A DNA stretch of 61,492 nucleotides, filler included, from Sphacelaria rigidula (Eukaryota), in assembly GCA_964200075.2 (NCBI GenBank). It is 9 parts of 9 records of this genome, joined end to end, with 100 filler letters (N's around TTAATTAATTAA, not from the genome) between each part and the next. Parts side by side here need not be neighbours in the genome. Positions count along the whole stretch, not along the records: positions 6,845 to 13,588 come from CAXNAA020018292.1; positions 13,689 to 20,432 come from CAXNAA020018293.1; positions 20,533 to 27,276 come from CAXNAA020018294.1; 6 more parts are not named here. The stretch is one strand, 5' to 3'. The position numbers and the translations under genes are program-made. Of this stretch, positions 13,002 to 25,488 are shown piece by piece. The notes under the pieces were generated by a model. It was not told the DNA's origin and ran no database searches. It saw only the letters and a list, made by a program, of their open reading frames with translations. Each line of letters begins with the position of its first letter. Position 1 is the first letter of the stretch.

Positions 13002-13588
13002 CGTCGAAGGGGGGGGGTGTACTCTTTTGTTGCTTGCCTTAGTCGCTTGACCATTGACCACGCATCCTTTTCGAGACGGGTCCGAGGGGGGGGTGGGGGG
13101 CAAACATGAAATCTCGAAAAATCTTCGCCTGCACAAAATGCGGTGTATGCTGAAGTCAGAGGATTGTCGAAAATGTTTCATTGTCTGGGGTAAAGGACAA
13201 CAAAAACTTCTCTCTACTGCTTAGTACAGAGAGGGTTAAAGTAGAAAGACCCGGGTAGTGTGCTGTGTTGTTGCTCAGACACAACAAATAAAACGGGCGT
13301 ACGCATGAAAATGTGACGATGTCTGCAGTCTCAACTTGCAACTAGACGTGTGCTGTGTATTATTAGTAGAAGAGCCTGCAGATATTGGGTGCACGAGTAC
13401 CTTCTGCTCAGATTAAATCCATCTGGAGACATATGCACCCTCAACGCAAAGCAATTGTTTGTCCCGCGCTGGGGGCCGGGGAGTTGGGGAGGGGAGGGCG
13501 TGTACTCATGATCATGCATGCCATAGTCATAAGACCATTGACCTTAAATCTCTACGAAGCCGGGACGGAGCACGCCGGGTTTTCGCCG

Positions 13589-13688
13589 NNNNNNNNNNNN
13601 NNNNNNNNNNNNNNNNNNNNNNNNNNNNNNNNTTAATTAATTAANNNNNNNNNNNNNNNNNNNNNNNNNNNNNNNNNNNNNNNNNNNN
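13589..13688. other. Artificial contig spacer
   Basis: 44 N + TTAATTAATTAA + 44 N. Confidence 0.99.
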
Positions 13689-13764
13689 CAGCTGACGCGC
13701 AGCGGGCGCGGAGGGCGGGCGGCGCGGGGGGGGGGGGGGGGGGGGGGGGCGGGGGGGGGTGGGG

Positions 13765-15066
13765 GGCACGGTACAGACTAAGCAACGTTTTCGTGAGATT
13801 GAGAGTAGAATGCTGATTGAGAGCTGCTTTGATCATTCGCTTTACCTAAGCCAATTTTTCATTCCGTGTGTGCTTTTCTTTGTCTCTATCACTAGCGTGT
13901 ACTTACAGCTCCAAGTCGATATCCTACTCAGGGATATCAAGGGCCTCGGTCGCGAGCCACAAAATAAAAGCGTATCGGGCCTCACAGAGGTGCATTCCGG
14001 AACTGAAGCTATTCAGTCACTAATTGACTACTTTTTAGTCTCGATCGTATCCTCTACTCTCAATCTCACGAAAACATTGTTAGTAGTACGTCGAGTATCG
14101 GGTGGTACGCACAGTACTGACACAATCTCCAAACACGGTACTTGCAACACCTCTACAGACAGTATAGGCAGGACCTCTATGAATCGTAAGTGCAATCAAC
14201 AGAACACGCCGAGACAGCAATGAACAGGCAAATGCCAAGTGCTTCGTCGGCGAAGAATGCGGCGAAAATAGTAGTACCGAATCAAACGCAGCATGACTGA
14301 GAGCAGACAAACACCACGCCACAGCAACAGCCCCTGGCTCTAGCTCCAGACACATGCGTTGTATCAGATAAACGAAACGGCTCTTGACAGACAGTAAAGC
14401 ACTTGTCTCATCCGTGTTCCATCTGTGGTCAAACCCCGGCATGCGATCTTCTTCGTCGGCCGCACCACCCTGTCNNNNNNNNNNCTCCGAAGGAACAAGC
14501 CGAGCCATTTTCGACCTGAGCCCACTGTCGGGTCCTATGGCACCGGTCGGTTGTCGCTCCAGAGTGCCACAGCCGCCTGTTTCAAGCCATCTCTATTCAG
14601 GCCCGTTGACGAACTGCGGCAAAATTTCAGCATATTATCTTCGATGGAATTTTCTTCCTACCTCGACAGTACAGTACCCGGACCAACCCTGCCAGCTACT
14701 ATGCCCATGCTACCACTGACACGCTTCTGCAGCGAACCAACGAAGGTTTCAAAGATCTTTGCAGTAGCATGGAAGATCATGCGACCGCTGCGTACCGCTT
14801 CTACGGCCTCTGTTGCACGTTCTGGGTCTACCCTTACTCTCTGCATGCTTAGCAACCGATCGACCAAAAAGCCGATTTTGAAAAAAGGCACACACGCCCT
14901 TATTCACAGTGCTGTGGGATGGTGTTTTCTGATACAGAAAGCACGTGTAGTAGCTCAAAAGAAGCATCGTGCTCCTGTGCACACGCAGGAAAAACCAGAA
15001 TGGAAACCAATCGATATTTCGCGGAGTTATGAACGATTTAAAAAAAGAGTACCTTAATTAGTACTG
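13765..15066 (-). mobile_element. pogo/Fot1-like (Tc1/mariner) DDE transposon remnant
   Basis: The minus strand gives an HTH_psq-like AVEAVRSGRMIFHATAKIF..SLQKRVSG, a CENP-B/Tc5-like GPGTVLSR*EE...GLNRDGLKQAA...RPVP*DP..GRKWLGLFLR, and WNTDET (first catalytic D). It contains stops. Homologous to 55310-55960. Candidate terminus TA|CAGTAC at 15066. Confidence 0.8.
13781..14081 (+). mobile_element. AACAATG-type MITE (301 bp) inserted in the pogo element intron
   Basis: TIRs AGCAACGTTTTCGTGAGATTGAGAGTAGA / TCTACTCTCAATCTCACGAAAACATTGTT. TSD ACTA/AGTA. The empty site GTACAGAGTAATACGTCG is seen near 55430-55447. Confidence 0.9.
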
Positions 15067-17039
15067 TACTGAAATAGGGACGTTTACTCTAGTCGAGTAA
15101 CTTCTTCAAAATTCCTGTATTCGATGTACAAGTTGAGCGCGATCCTATCTGTCGGACATTCGAACTACTGAGTCTGCATACATTATACAGCAAAGCCTCA
15201 TGACCTACGACGTGTTCCGGAGATTTTTCAAGTGCAGTACCCCCCACCGTTCTCATGGTCACCTTTGATTTGCCTAAACTTTACAGAGGAAAAAATGAGC
15301 AATATATTTCCCGTTTTCTCCGATGTGTGTCCATCCGATGAAAAAATGATTCACATTATTATTTTCCAAGAGCCGGCGCCCATGCTTTTCTGAAACCCCT
15401 CGCAGAAAACGTGCGCCGGATTAGGCCCATGACTATTGACACTGTACTTTCGGAGACTCCTAAATATTCGGACATTTCGAACTCTGCAGTCGAAAATCTC
15501 CCAAAATGAAGCGGCTTGACCTTTTCCCCGAAGCTTCACGTTTGTAGAGTCCGAATTATACAGACTCCAATGCAAAACTTCGGAGAGCCGCTGTTTGTGC
15601 GCTGAGCCGTTCGCAAGCGTTGAGAGTCATCATGAACCTTGCCAGTGATACCGTGGGTCGTGTCGGAGAGTAGAAGCACCGGGGGTTGGCGCACGTAGTG
15701 TCTTGAGGCCGGCGAAGGCAAGCCAACGATGGGATGAGTACTGTCCGTGAAGTATGAGGTATCTGACAGCAACAGCATCTTTCGATAAGAATGTCACTCT
15801 CTGGGTTGTTTGGGAATCTTTGAAATCTCGGGGCTTCTCCGAAACCTTTTTTGCGACAATAATAAGTCTTGGGGGTGTTATTGACGGTTCTATACTATAT
15901 TATATATGAGACCACGGCTGGACCCCTGGGGGGTCAGTTAATGTGCGACAATCAATCAATCAATCTATCCCCCCCCCCGAAATCTCGACATTCTCGGACA
16001 GGTTCTACTATTTTTTAAAAATGTGAGAACAGGTTTCGTATGTAGTTCAGGCATTAGATTTAGTCAGAATCTCGGCTTTTTCGGAATAGTACAACGCTGG
16101 TCGGGGGAAGACGACGCTCGGCGGGTAGCTCAACGGCCCCGGACATTCTTTTTATATCAGAACCGTGAGAATAGCAGCATAGCGGATGGAAACAACTCAG
16201 TCCAGAATACCGGAAGACCCGCAAATCGTCCAATAGACTAATGCCGAGATAACCCCCCACGAAAAGTGCATCGGAGACCGTCCGATACACCCGCTGCGAT
16301 CTCACTATTGGGCTCGTTTTGCGGCAATGTCGCCCACATTAGAGGCGTGCAGCAGTCCGAAATCAGCTAAAACGCCCGAAGGAGTCACGTCGTGCAGCAC
16401 GAAACCAGCGCTAACGGGATTTATGATCATCGCCTCCGTGCACCTTTTTGGCCGGTTGGGGGGGGGGTATCTCGGCAGTAGTCACTAGTCGTTATATGCA
16501 GCGGCGAAGCACCGATTGTACACATGAATACACACCCTCGTTCTCATTGTCTCTCTCTCACTCCTCCTGTCTCTTTCACACTCTCTCTCATTGTCTGTCT
16601 CCCACACAAACGTACACAAACAGTGGCAGTATATCAACACAGTATCACTTAAAACTAGTCCTACAAAGCGTCTCTAAAGATACGCGGCTACAGGCCAAGC
16701 TGCCCACTACTACAGCTATGGCTGAGGCTATGAGTAACTCTTAGGATCAAGGCCACGGCCACAAGAATAGCAACCGTTACCACTCTTGCTGTGAACAGGT
16801 TGTCGACCTCGTGGTATCCTCCTTCGTCGACTTGAGCGGGCGATCTCAGCAGAGTTTTGCACTCACTCTGCATGGCGTAGAGTGTCGCTTCAAGGCTCCT
16901 GCCAACTCTCGTACACTGAGAAGCACCACGGGGGACATAGTGGTCCGTTTCCCGATCTTGATCAGCGCTACCGTGACCTTTTTGGAAAGGCTGTTTTTTT
17001 TTCTGACTTGTCCGAAATTCTAGCGTCGCAATTGCATCT

Positions 17040-17291
17040 GAGTCATCCTACGATAGGGGGGGGGTATTTTCAACCACTTCTTGCACGAGATTCCAAGTCA
17101 AACCGTCGTTGGGAGCAGCATCGGTTGCTCGAACGAGCTTGGTATATATAAGCAACGCTCATACATACCGATTGACACTATTTTGAACCAAATATAAGCG
17201 CGCCGCGAGTGTGGAAGGTCGCCTGGCACACTTATGAGCCTCGTTTTTGTGCAATCAAATACCCCCCCCCCCTTCTATCGGAGGATAACTC
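17040..17291. mobile_element. MITE with GAGTCATCCTACGATAGGGG TIRs and a probable 4-bp TSD
   Basis: ATCT|GAGTCATCCTACGATAGGGGGGGGTATTT ... AAATACCCCCCCCCCCTTCTATCGGAGGATAACTC|TTCT. Partial copies at 54750-54831 and from 33829. Confidence 0.8.
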
Positions 17292-17905
17292 TTCTTCGAC
17301 GTGATATTATCGAATAGGTCGGGGAAAAATCATTTTTTTGCGATAGTCGAAAAAATCTGAAAAAGAGCAAAACAAAGTCCCCTTACTGATACCCCTTACA
17401 ACCCTACGGCTGGCCCGTTTCGGAGGGTAACTAAAAAAGAAACTATATAGTGCCTCGAAGAAAAACAGCCCCCTGGTAACCCCTTGCGTGGAAAACCCGC
17501 TTACCGGAAAAGACACCCCAGCCGGCAGCACCATGCACCTCTAAACGCAACACGAACAGTATAACACAATTAGTACAAAACACCTCTACCCTCATCTAAC
17601 ACTACCTGGTGTGGAATGCGGGGAGGTATACATCAGGTTTCGGAGAAACTACATGGCAGGAAGTCGGTGCTGCGACGTACGATTTGTCCATTTTATTGCG
17701 CGGAGACCGAGAGATACTTTTGCTTCATTACCGTTCGGAGTCGTTCCCTGTATGTAGCGGTGCACATGTCCATGAGTACTTATTCACAGCTGCTGTTGGG
17801 TGGCATTGCCTCGGGCATACCACGTCTAAGACAGTCCAAGACACTAAAGAACATGAACTATTCACATTTGCGCCACGCTCGTCGCCCTTCGAGGCCGTAT
17901 AAACC

Positions 17906-19074
17906 CTAGTCGGTACCAAGAACCGCGCGTCGCACGTTTTCTACCATTTTCTGCCGACCACGCCTCGTGAATGTTACTTCCTGCCTGGATTTTCTTAACC
18001 ACCAGAGGTGCCTCGGCAGCCCCGAGCCGCTGAGCTTCACGCTGTCGATACGACCGGCGGTGACAAACACCTTTGTGTGTACGTCTGCACCACACCACCT
18101 GTCCAAGACGGTGTTCAAGAACGCCTTGAAGCCCAGGCATGGCGCGAGCAGCACGATGCACCTGATGTTGTCTACCTCGAAAAACATGCGTAGCATCTCC
18201 AAGCTAGGACCCTCCACGCCGATTATGCAAGTGATAGCATCTACACAGGAAAAGCGTTCCGCCCATGGCTCGTGGAGCAGCTGAACATCCATCACATTGA
18301 TGCCGAACAGCGACACCCTGGCATCGCTATGGAACAACTCCTTGAGGAACGGGGCAGTGCGTACTTGATCCAAACCCAGGACCTTTCGTACCCCGGCCTC
18401 GAGGAGACGGCGAATCAAAAAACCAGTTCCGTATCCAGCCTCCAACACCGTAGTACCCGACATATCTCCGTCGAACGTTTCCAACAGGACCTCTATGATG
18501 CCGGTGTTGCCCCTGGGGGTGATGTGATGGGCACATGACTCCATTGGCGACGTCCCCTGAAGGGCAGCCGCGTGCTCTCTCTGAATCTGCGCGGGGTCTT
18601 TCAAATCCTGAGCGTTAACAAAAGCATTGGGGGGGTGCCGAAGTGAGGTGGGGGGGAGGGGGGGGCGGAGGGTTACTGACTGATTGGTCCACACAATACT
18701 ATGGCCAAGACTCAACCTAGCACGCTGCAAGTCAATTGCGCTAGCGGGCGGTGATGAGCCAATGATTCTAACCGGCTACAAAAGAACCGGTAAAAAACAC
18801 ACCGCAAGGAACTTGGCTGAACGCAGGGCAGAATGTCCGGCATAATGAAGGAATCGACAAAACGAGGTACCGATTGTTTTTTTTCGAGGGACGGTGTGAA
18901 TACGACATACAACATTGAGGGGGAAACATCCCACAAGTGTCCGCCAAGGTCTCATCAGAATTTCCCCTTGTTAGCGCCAAGCCATGACTCTGTGTGATTC
19001 ATGAGCAAAAGATCAGCCTTGACCCACACGACTGAATAGACGAAACGTCGTAACATCGGTCGGAGATCAAACAC
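17906..19074 (-). pseudogene. Class I SAM-dependent methyltransferase-like gene, probably pseudogenised
   Basis: Open terminal exon 18607-17906 (acceptor CAG|GAT) with motif I VLEAGYGTG, post-I VLGLD and the later strand VDAITCIIG. The phase-compatible upstream candidate exon 19074-18871 has tandem TGA TGA at 18957-18952. Confidence 0.6.
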
Positions 19075-20432
19075 CTAATGATGGGTGCCTGGTAGGCAGA
19101 GTTCACACAAACTCACGGGAGAGTGTTCAACAAAACTTCTTGGCTTGGCAACCCAGCACACGCAAGAGGTATGTGAAGAGTGTTGAAGAAATACCCTCAC
19201 CGTAAGTTCACGAAAAGGTTACCTCTACAACCATTGTCTCGTCAAAGACGCACGAAGAGGCTCATGAGAGGAGGGGGGGAGGGGGAGGGGGGCTGTATTC
19301 ATGAGCTTGCGTGCCATTCTTGTCATGATGGTGTAGCTAAAGCACTGGCTGAGGTCTCTCAGTACGAATACCAGGAGACGCCAATTGTTATAATAATGAT
19401 GGGATAGCTGATACACTAGCTGAGGTCTCTCAGCACGAGTGCCAGGAGATAACATTTGTTCCAGCTAACCAAGCGCTCACGTGGGCACACAGTACGGCCT
19501 ATAGCTATCCATCATGGAAAATCACGGAGTAGGTTCATTCATGTGTACTGCTGGCTGGGAACTCACGTGTTTCATAGCGTCATGTTATATCTACAAGCGG
19601 CTCTCTTACTCAGTACAGCCGCGGCGCAGCCATAAGAGCAGAGCGTAGTGATGACCCAGAGTAGACCAAGGCAAGCCAGTAACTGATCGAGATGGGTTGA
19701 CGCGACCTCTGGCCGCGGCCGAACAATCCTAATGACAGTACCAAACGCAGTAACAACGCGTCACGGAATCCAGGGTCTACGAGCAGACCCGCACGTCGTG
19801 ATACCTCACCGCCACCAAGCTTCATCACAATAGTCATCTGACCATTGAGTTCGTATCCCTGCAAAGCCGGGATGGAGCACGCTGGGTTTTGGCCGGACCA
19901 GGCTAGCAATCAATCACCAAGCGCGCCGTGATGTGTTCGGAGAGTCGCATGAAGGGTGAGCTGCACTCTGCTAAGGTTGTTTGGCCCGAAGCATACTGAT
20001 CATGTGCATTTGGATGACAGCCTCCAATGAGTTCCTTTATCTTCTGGTATCACCACTTCAAGAGACAGTCAAGGCTTACACACTGCCCCATGGGTGTGCC
20101 ACCATTCAAACACTACGTGGTATGTATGACTATCCTCTTTGCGCGGAGTTGAGGATCTCCCACCCCGAACAAAGTGATGTAGCTCGACCACCATCATGGT
20201 TACGGCAAAAGAAACGCAAGCGCGCAAAACAAATCGATAACCTGGTAGGCTAGCTTACGCAGTGGCTCATGGCAGACGGGGGGGGGGTAATATGTATACT
20301 ACATACCGTAAACAAAGAGGGGAAATTCCAAGAACTGTCAGCAAGCCCTCATCAAAGTTTCACAACACCATTAACAACAAATTGTGAGAATTGAGGTTTA
20401 ACTTCGAGATGAGGCTTAAGCCTAAAACAGTG

Positions 20433-20532
20433 NNNNNNNNNNNNNNNNNNNNNNNNNNNNNNNNNNNNNNNNNNNNTTAATTAATTAANNNNNNNNNNNN
20501 NNNNNNNNNNNNNNNNNNNNNNNNNNNNNNNN
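20433..20532. other. Artificial contig spacer
   Basis: 44 N + TTAATTAATTAA + 44 N. Confidence 0.99.
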
Positions 20533-20586
20533 TGCCAGTATCCTGTTTTCCTCCGACCTTTTTTTTCGTCCTCCGGCTCGCCGTGG

Positions 20587-20619
<33 letters not shown>

Positions 20620-20682
20620 ACAGGCATACCCTAACCGCTTCAGCCTCTTGAGGCATCCTTCCGGTTTTGCCGGCACGGATTG

Positions 20683-20921
20683 GTGAGTACACATGGTTCG
20701 ACTCCTCACGGTCGGCCAGGGAAAGGGGCTGCTGAACCCTCCTCGCGAAACAAGTAAAGGCAAGCACCGCAGAAGGAAGGTGGCGAACTAAAACAAGCGA
20801 AAGGGGGAAAACTCCTGTGTTGCCCTTCCTCCTGTGTGACCCCGGCTGGTGCGCCAACATATCCCGAAAGGTGTAGACTGGCGTCCAGAACAGATGGGAC
20901 GACAACACGCAAACACACACA
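20683..20921 (+). mobile_element. SINE family A, 5'-truncated copy with (CA)n tail
   Basis: Reverse-complement match to the body of the 28960-29318 SINE. Ends ACAACACGCAAACACACACA. Confidence 0.75.
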
Positions 20922-21090
20922 TGCTGATCTGGCATTATTCCTACATGAGAGAGGACCATGGGACTCAGGTATACATCGGCGGGCACAATGAGGCGACTCG
21001 CTCTGGTTAAAACACGCTCCAGTTTCCTGAAACTATCCTATTCGGCCTAAAGTATGTTCACAGCAGCGGACGAATTTCGCTGTAACTTAC

Positions 21091-22524
21091 GCAGCACTGC
21101 AAGAGCTGTCGAAAGCGCCGACGAGTTGCACCAAGTCAGCTTGGTGCGTGTCGCGAAGGTCTGCAATGTCGTCATCTTCCCGGATGGCCCTCACTGTACC
21201 CACTGCGCTATCAGAGTCTTCATCGGTGGGGGACTGTTTGTCGTTCAAAACCGTGCAACGTTAAAAACACAGGAGATGGGACTTATTTTCATGTCATGCG
21301 CGGCAGTCACACTTTGTACAGGTACAAGATAGACAACAACGAGGTAGGCATGAGAAACCAGGCAACAAGGCGTTTCCAGCCCCCCAAAACATACCAAAGT
21401 CATGTACGGTTAGCGACAGTATGCGTTCCAATCGATATAGCTCACACCGTTTTCCGGCGATTCTCATCTTCCAAGAACTACTCAAACAACCCGGACTTAC
21501 CGAACCAATATATGCCAAGTTGAAGGAGAGGTCTATCTCCGAGTTGACGAACGCCGCGTTAGTAGAGGCTAGGCCACCGAAGATGATGGACTCCATTTGC
21601 TGATCGCTAATATCACCCATGAGCACCTGGGCGGCCTCCGTGTACAGGTACATCACGTCCTGCACGATCAGCAGTTGTCATTTAACGATTGGGTAGGGTT
21701 AACTGTGCGGAATGGGATAAAACCACTGCCGAGACAATTTGACACGATCCCAGGAAAACCAACACCCCCAAGAGTTTCCCGCCAGCTTTACTTCTTCACG
21801 TTGTCAGATGACGGAAACACATCATTCCAGACTCTGCACGTTTTGTCCTGGTTCGAGCCCGCTCTTCCTGTTTCAATTCGGAGCCACAATAAAGACACCC
21901 ATCCCTGCAAAAGCACCATGCATGGGCAACGTGATGTGTCGCGGAAGAAGTAAATTTAGATCGACAACCCACAGGTGTTGCGTGTTCATTGCCAGGGCAT
22001 TTGATGTTTGCCGGAGAGCAATGCTACGGTAGGGGTGCACTTTTTTCGCGAAATTATGTCGAGTTCAGGGGCTCCCAACGATTCTAGATGCACAAAAATA
22101 TGGGTCAGGGCATCCCCGTTTGTAAATTCATGCGGGGTATCCCCAGCACCTTGGAGTAGTAATCCTGGTGTACTTTTACATATTTTCATAGGTCGTGTTT
22201 TGCGTGAGATAAAGGGCTTTTACCAATTCTAACCTCAGAAAATATTTGTGCACCCCTACCGTAGCATCACTCCGGATTTGAATACCCATGCCTCGAGGAG
22301 TGCATGGACATTGAGTGAATAATATCGACAACAACGTGCATTCGAAACACTTACGATGGTCGTTCCTGTCGCCTGCAGGTTGCGAGGTAGGTGCACGTTG
22401 CGGCTCAGGATTGGCCGTAGGCGGCGACGGACTCCCGACTCCACGATGCTGGATGTCGAGTCATCCGTGATATCTCCGCTGTCTTCCAAAAAAGTTGCCC
22501 TCGTAACCTGTGTTGTTGGGGGAG

Positions 22525-22564
<40 letters not shown>

Positions 22565-25488
22565 GACGAGCAGCCGTAGAGACTGGTGAATGAAATATTC
22601 AACATGGAATAGTGCTGCCGGCGTTGAGCCACACTTGATGGCAAGACGTTTCCCTGAATACAATCGATCATGAGTGAAACACCGTTTTTGGTCCCTCGGG
22701 GTAATGAGGCTTCTCGACTGATGCGTGGAAAGCGGCATCTGAGAGAAAAATATGGTTCACGCACCTCGCTAGGAGAGGTACGCTCTTGTGTAGAACAATG
22801 CCAGTGCTACGAGAAATAGCATTTCCGAACTGTGTCATACCGCACTCACGGAATACAGGCCACAAAAACCTCACCTCCACCAAGCAAATGTCGACGTCGG
22901 CACCAGCTGTACACGGGATTGACTGCTTCGTGGAGGTGCTACCGTCCAACTCGAACGAAGTTACCGTCAGCACGAAGCCCTGGAGAAACAACACCGAAAC
23001 GCGGGTGTTAAGCGCAGTGAGCAGTTCGGGCGGGGTGTAGAGGTAAATGCCTGGTCAAGGTGAGATCTGAGGGCTTCTGCGCAACGACCTGGCCTTACGA
23101 TATAGACCAACCCGTCATTGCCACCGTTCTGTCGTGCCGTCCTGGATACGGCGGGTGGCCTCTCTGTAGAACGTGGGCCTCTGACCTCCGGATCGCTTCA
23201 ACGGGTCAGGCACCGAGACAAGCCTGAAAAAGCCATTTTAAGGAAAATTGCGAAAGCCACAAAAAAGCGGAACTGAAACTACCCATGGTCAGAAGCGTTC
23301 ACCTCGGGCTCGCAAGGGTCGCTCCACGTCATACCGACTTCCCGGGGTTGAAGTTCGCCGCCTTCTGCAGGGTTCGGCACAATTCCGTGCCAGCTCTGGT
23401 TGTAGAAACGAAGACACCACAAGAACACGAAGCAGAGGTGGACAGTGACAACGCCAGATAAAACACACAATTTGCACTTATCACGGTTTCGACTTACTCC
23501 ACACCTTTCCCCGAGTGCAACACACCCAAGACACCACACTGAGTACGTGCGTTTACTACTGACAAATCATAGCCATAGCCCCTGACGCTCGGTGCAAAAG
23601 TCAAAGATAGATAAAACCGCTAAGCATAAGCTTTCCACATTTGCCTGAGTCGCTGTCTCGGCGCACAAGACGTGCCCATAATATTGTGAGCCCTAGTAGA
23701 TTGTCCCTACAAGTTATTTGCTACCACTGGCACGTATTGACCGGTTTTCTTCAGACCTAAAAGGCATCAAAACGCGCATCATGATTTCGCCGCTTTCCCC
23801 CATGGGGATACTGCAGCGACGGGCACGTCGAGACGTCAACGAAATCTTGCGCTAGGTAAGCGGTATCTGCTGTACAATTTATCCGGAACGACAATATTCG
23901 CAAGGTACCTGATACTTCTCAAGTCATGTAATGTATCAAATGATTGATTGTCGCACTATAATACAACTGAACACCCAGGCATCCACCCATGGTCACATAA
24001 TACGTGGTGTAGCACTAAGCGGTCCAACAAAAATCGGAGTAGTGAGGTTCTCACAAGGCGTGCGTTCCCGCCAGCGAAGAGTGACCCGTCCGCCGTCTCG
24101 AACGATACCTTGTTCGCTGTGATGGTCTGCCAGACATCTCAGCGTACGGCAGAGCCATTGTTGAAAAAAGAGAAGAGGGCACGCCGAGGCACGGGAAAAT
24201 GCAGTTGATGTTGACTCCAGAAGCGCACTCGTCAAGAAGAACGTGATGGGTGAATCCAGAGACGATATATTAATCTTCTGATTTCTCGACACCGGTTGCT
24301 TCTTGTGACTGTACAGAGGAAATGGCTGTGGAATTCTTGTATTCCTCGTAAGTTCCTCGAACCATTTTTGTAACCGGACGGGAAACGTGGAAATTCAAAT
24401 TCACGCGACCATCTATCTCTAAATCAGCCGCAAGTTATGACAACATGATGTTGGCCAACTTTGGACCGGGCGCAAGTCCCGCATGATCATCTTGACTGTA
24501 ATAATACCTCCGGTGCATCCGTCCATGGCCGTTTCTAGCGCAGGTCGATTTCGAGCGTTTTTTCTCGGGAATCCTTACACACCCAAACAGTACGGACGTA
24601 CGTAGAATTTTGCGTGTTTTGGTATTCTATGATCGAATGGACGGGTCACGGGAAAAACAGACACTAAATATTTGGCGAACCGTTCAATTCGCCGTTAGTC
24701 GGCACACATCATCGCTAGACACCCCACCTCCGTGGGGCTGAGAGCGATCTCGAGCGAGGCAGCGTCTGCGGCCGATGCGAGCGTCGCGCAGTCCAGTGCC
24801 GCCAACACAACGACTTCCGAGACTGCGAGGAGGGCGGAAGGGTGTACGTTACTCGATGCGGCACACTGTGGTGAATTATTGAACATGATGAGGAGGCGTA
24901 CTGCGCGAGTAACTACGCAAGTTCAAACTATACATCGATCGGCGCTGCAGCTTCATCCCAGAGATTGCGCATGTTATAATGTTTGTCCTTCGTCGTTCTT
25001 AGGTGGCATCATGACAAATATTGCAAATGCGGTAAGCAATTGGTGATGAAGATGCTGAAGGGTTCCGGCGACTGCCTGGGGAAATCAATAATGTTCTTGT
25101 ACCGTAGGCGATAGGCACCCAAGTCGATTTTTCCTAGCTTGCGTCTGCAGATGTTCCTGTATAATCCGTCTTTACGCGCGATCTAGGTACAAGGACATTG
25201 GTTCCTGCGTGACATTTCGCAGACCACAGCCTTCAAACTGAACGTGCACCTAAACGACAATTTCGATCACATCATGGACACGTGAAGTGCACCGTACCGC
25301 ACCGCACATGCCGTGAGAATTAAAGGTTGATTAGGCTCACCCGAAGACCCCTCGTCACCCGCCTCCAACGATTGGACCTCGCCAATATCGTTTTTGTCGC
25401 CACCAGCATCGTTACTAAACGTGAACTGCGCCGTAGCGCCCACCATGAGCATGGCTGCCAGCAAAGCAGTTCTAAGTGACGGCTGCAT
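21091..25488 (-). CDS. Secreted reprolysin/M12B-like zinc metallopeptidase precursor, 5' part (HExxH exon beyond contig end)
   Basis: Eight phase-compatible GT/AG exons: 25488-25341 (signal peptide MQPSLRTALLAAMLMVGATA-QF), 24822-24728, 24126-24055, 23395-23303, 22979-22875, 22507-22355, 21659-21501, 21233-21091. The spliced product has TTIDVMYLYT..., TNAAFVNSEIDLSFNLAYIG and IADLRDTHQADLVQLV...C, typical of the bacterial-type reprolysin-like catalytic domain N-terminus. Confidence 0.82.
22016..22272. mobile_element. MITE with GAGCAATGCTACGGTAGGGGTGCAC TIRs and a perfect 4-bp TSD
   Basis: CGGA|GAGCAATGCTACGGTAGGGGTGCAC ... GTGCACCCCTACCGTAGCATCACTC|CGGA. Second partial copy at 47907-48008. 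Confidence 0.9.

Noticed and set aside
18952..18957. TGA TGA and other stops as evidence of CpG-methylation decay
   Set aside because: Too few sites and no ancestral consensus; a genome-wide mutation spectrum of repeats would be needed.
24195..24308. Extra exon of the metallopeptidase (HKKQPVSRNQKINISS...)
   Set aside because: It is phase-incompatible with the preceding exon (the phase-0 reading hits TAA); 24126-24055 fits instead.
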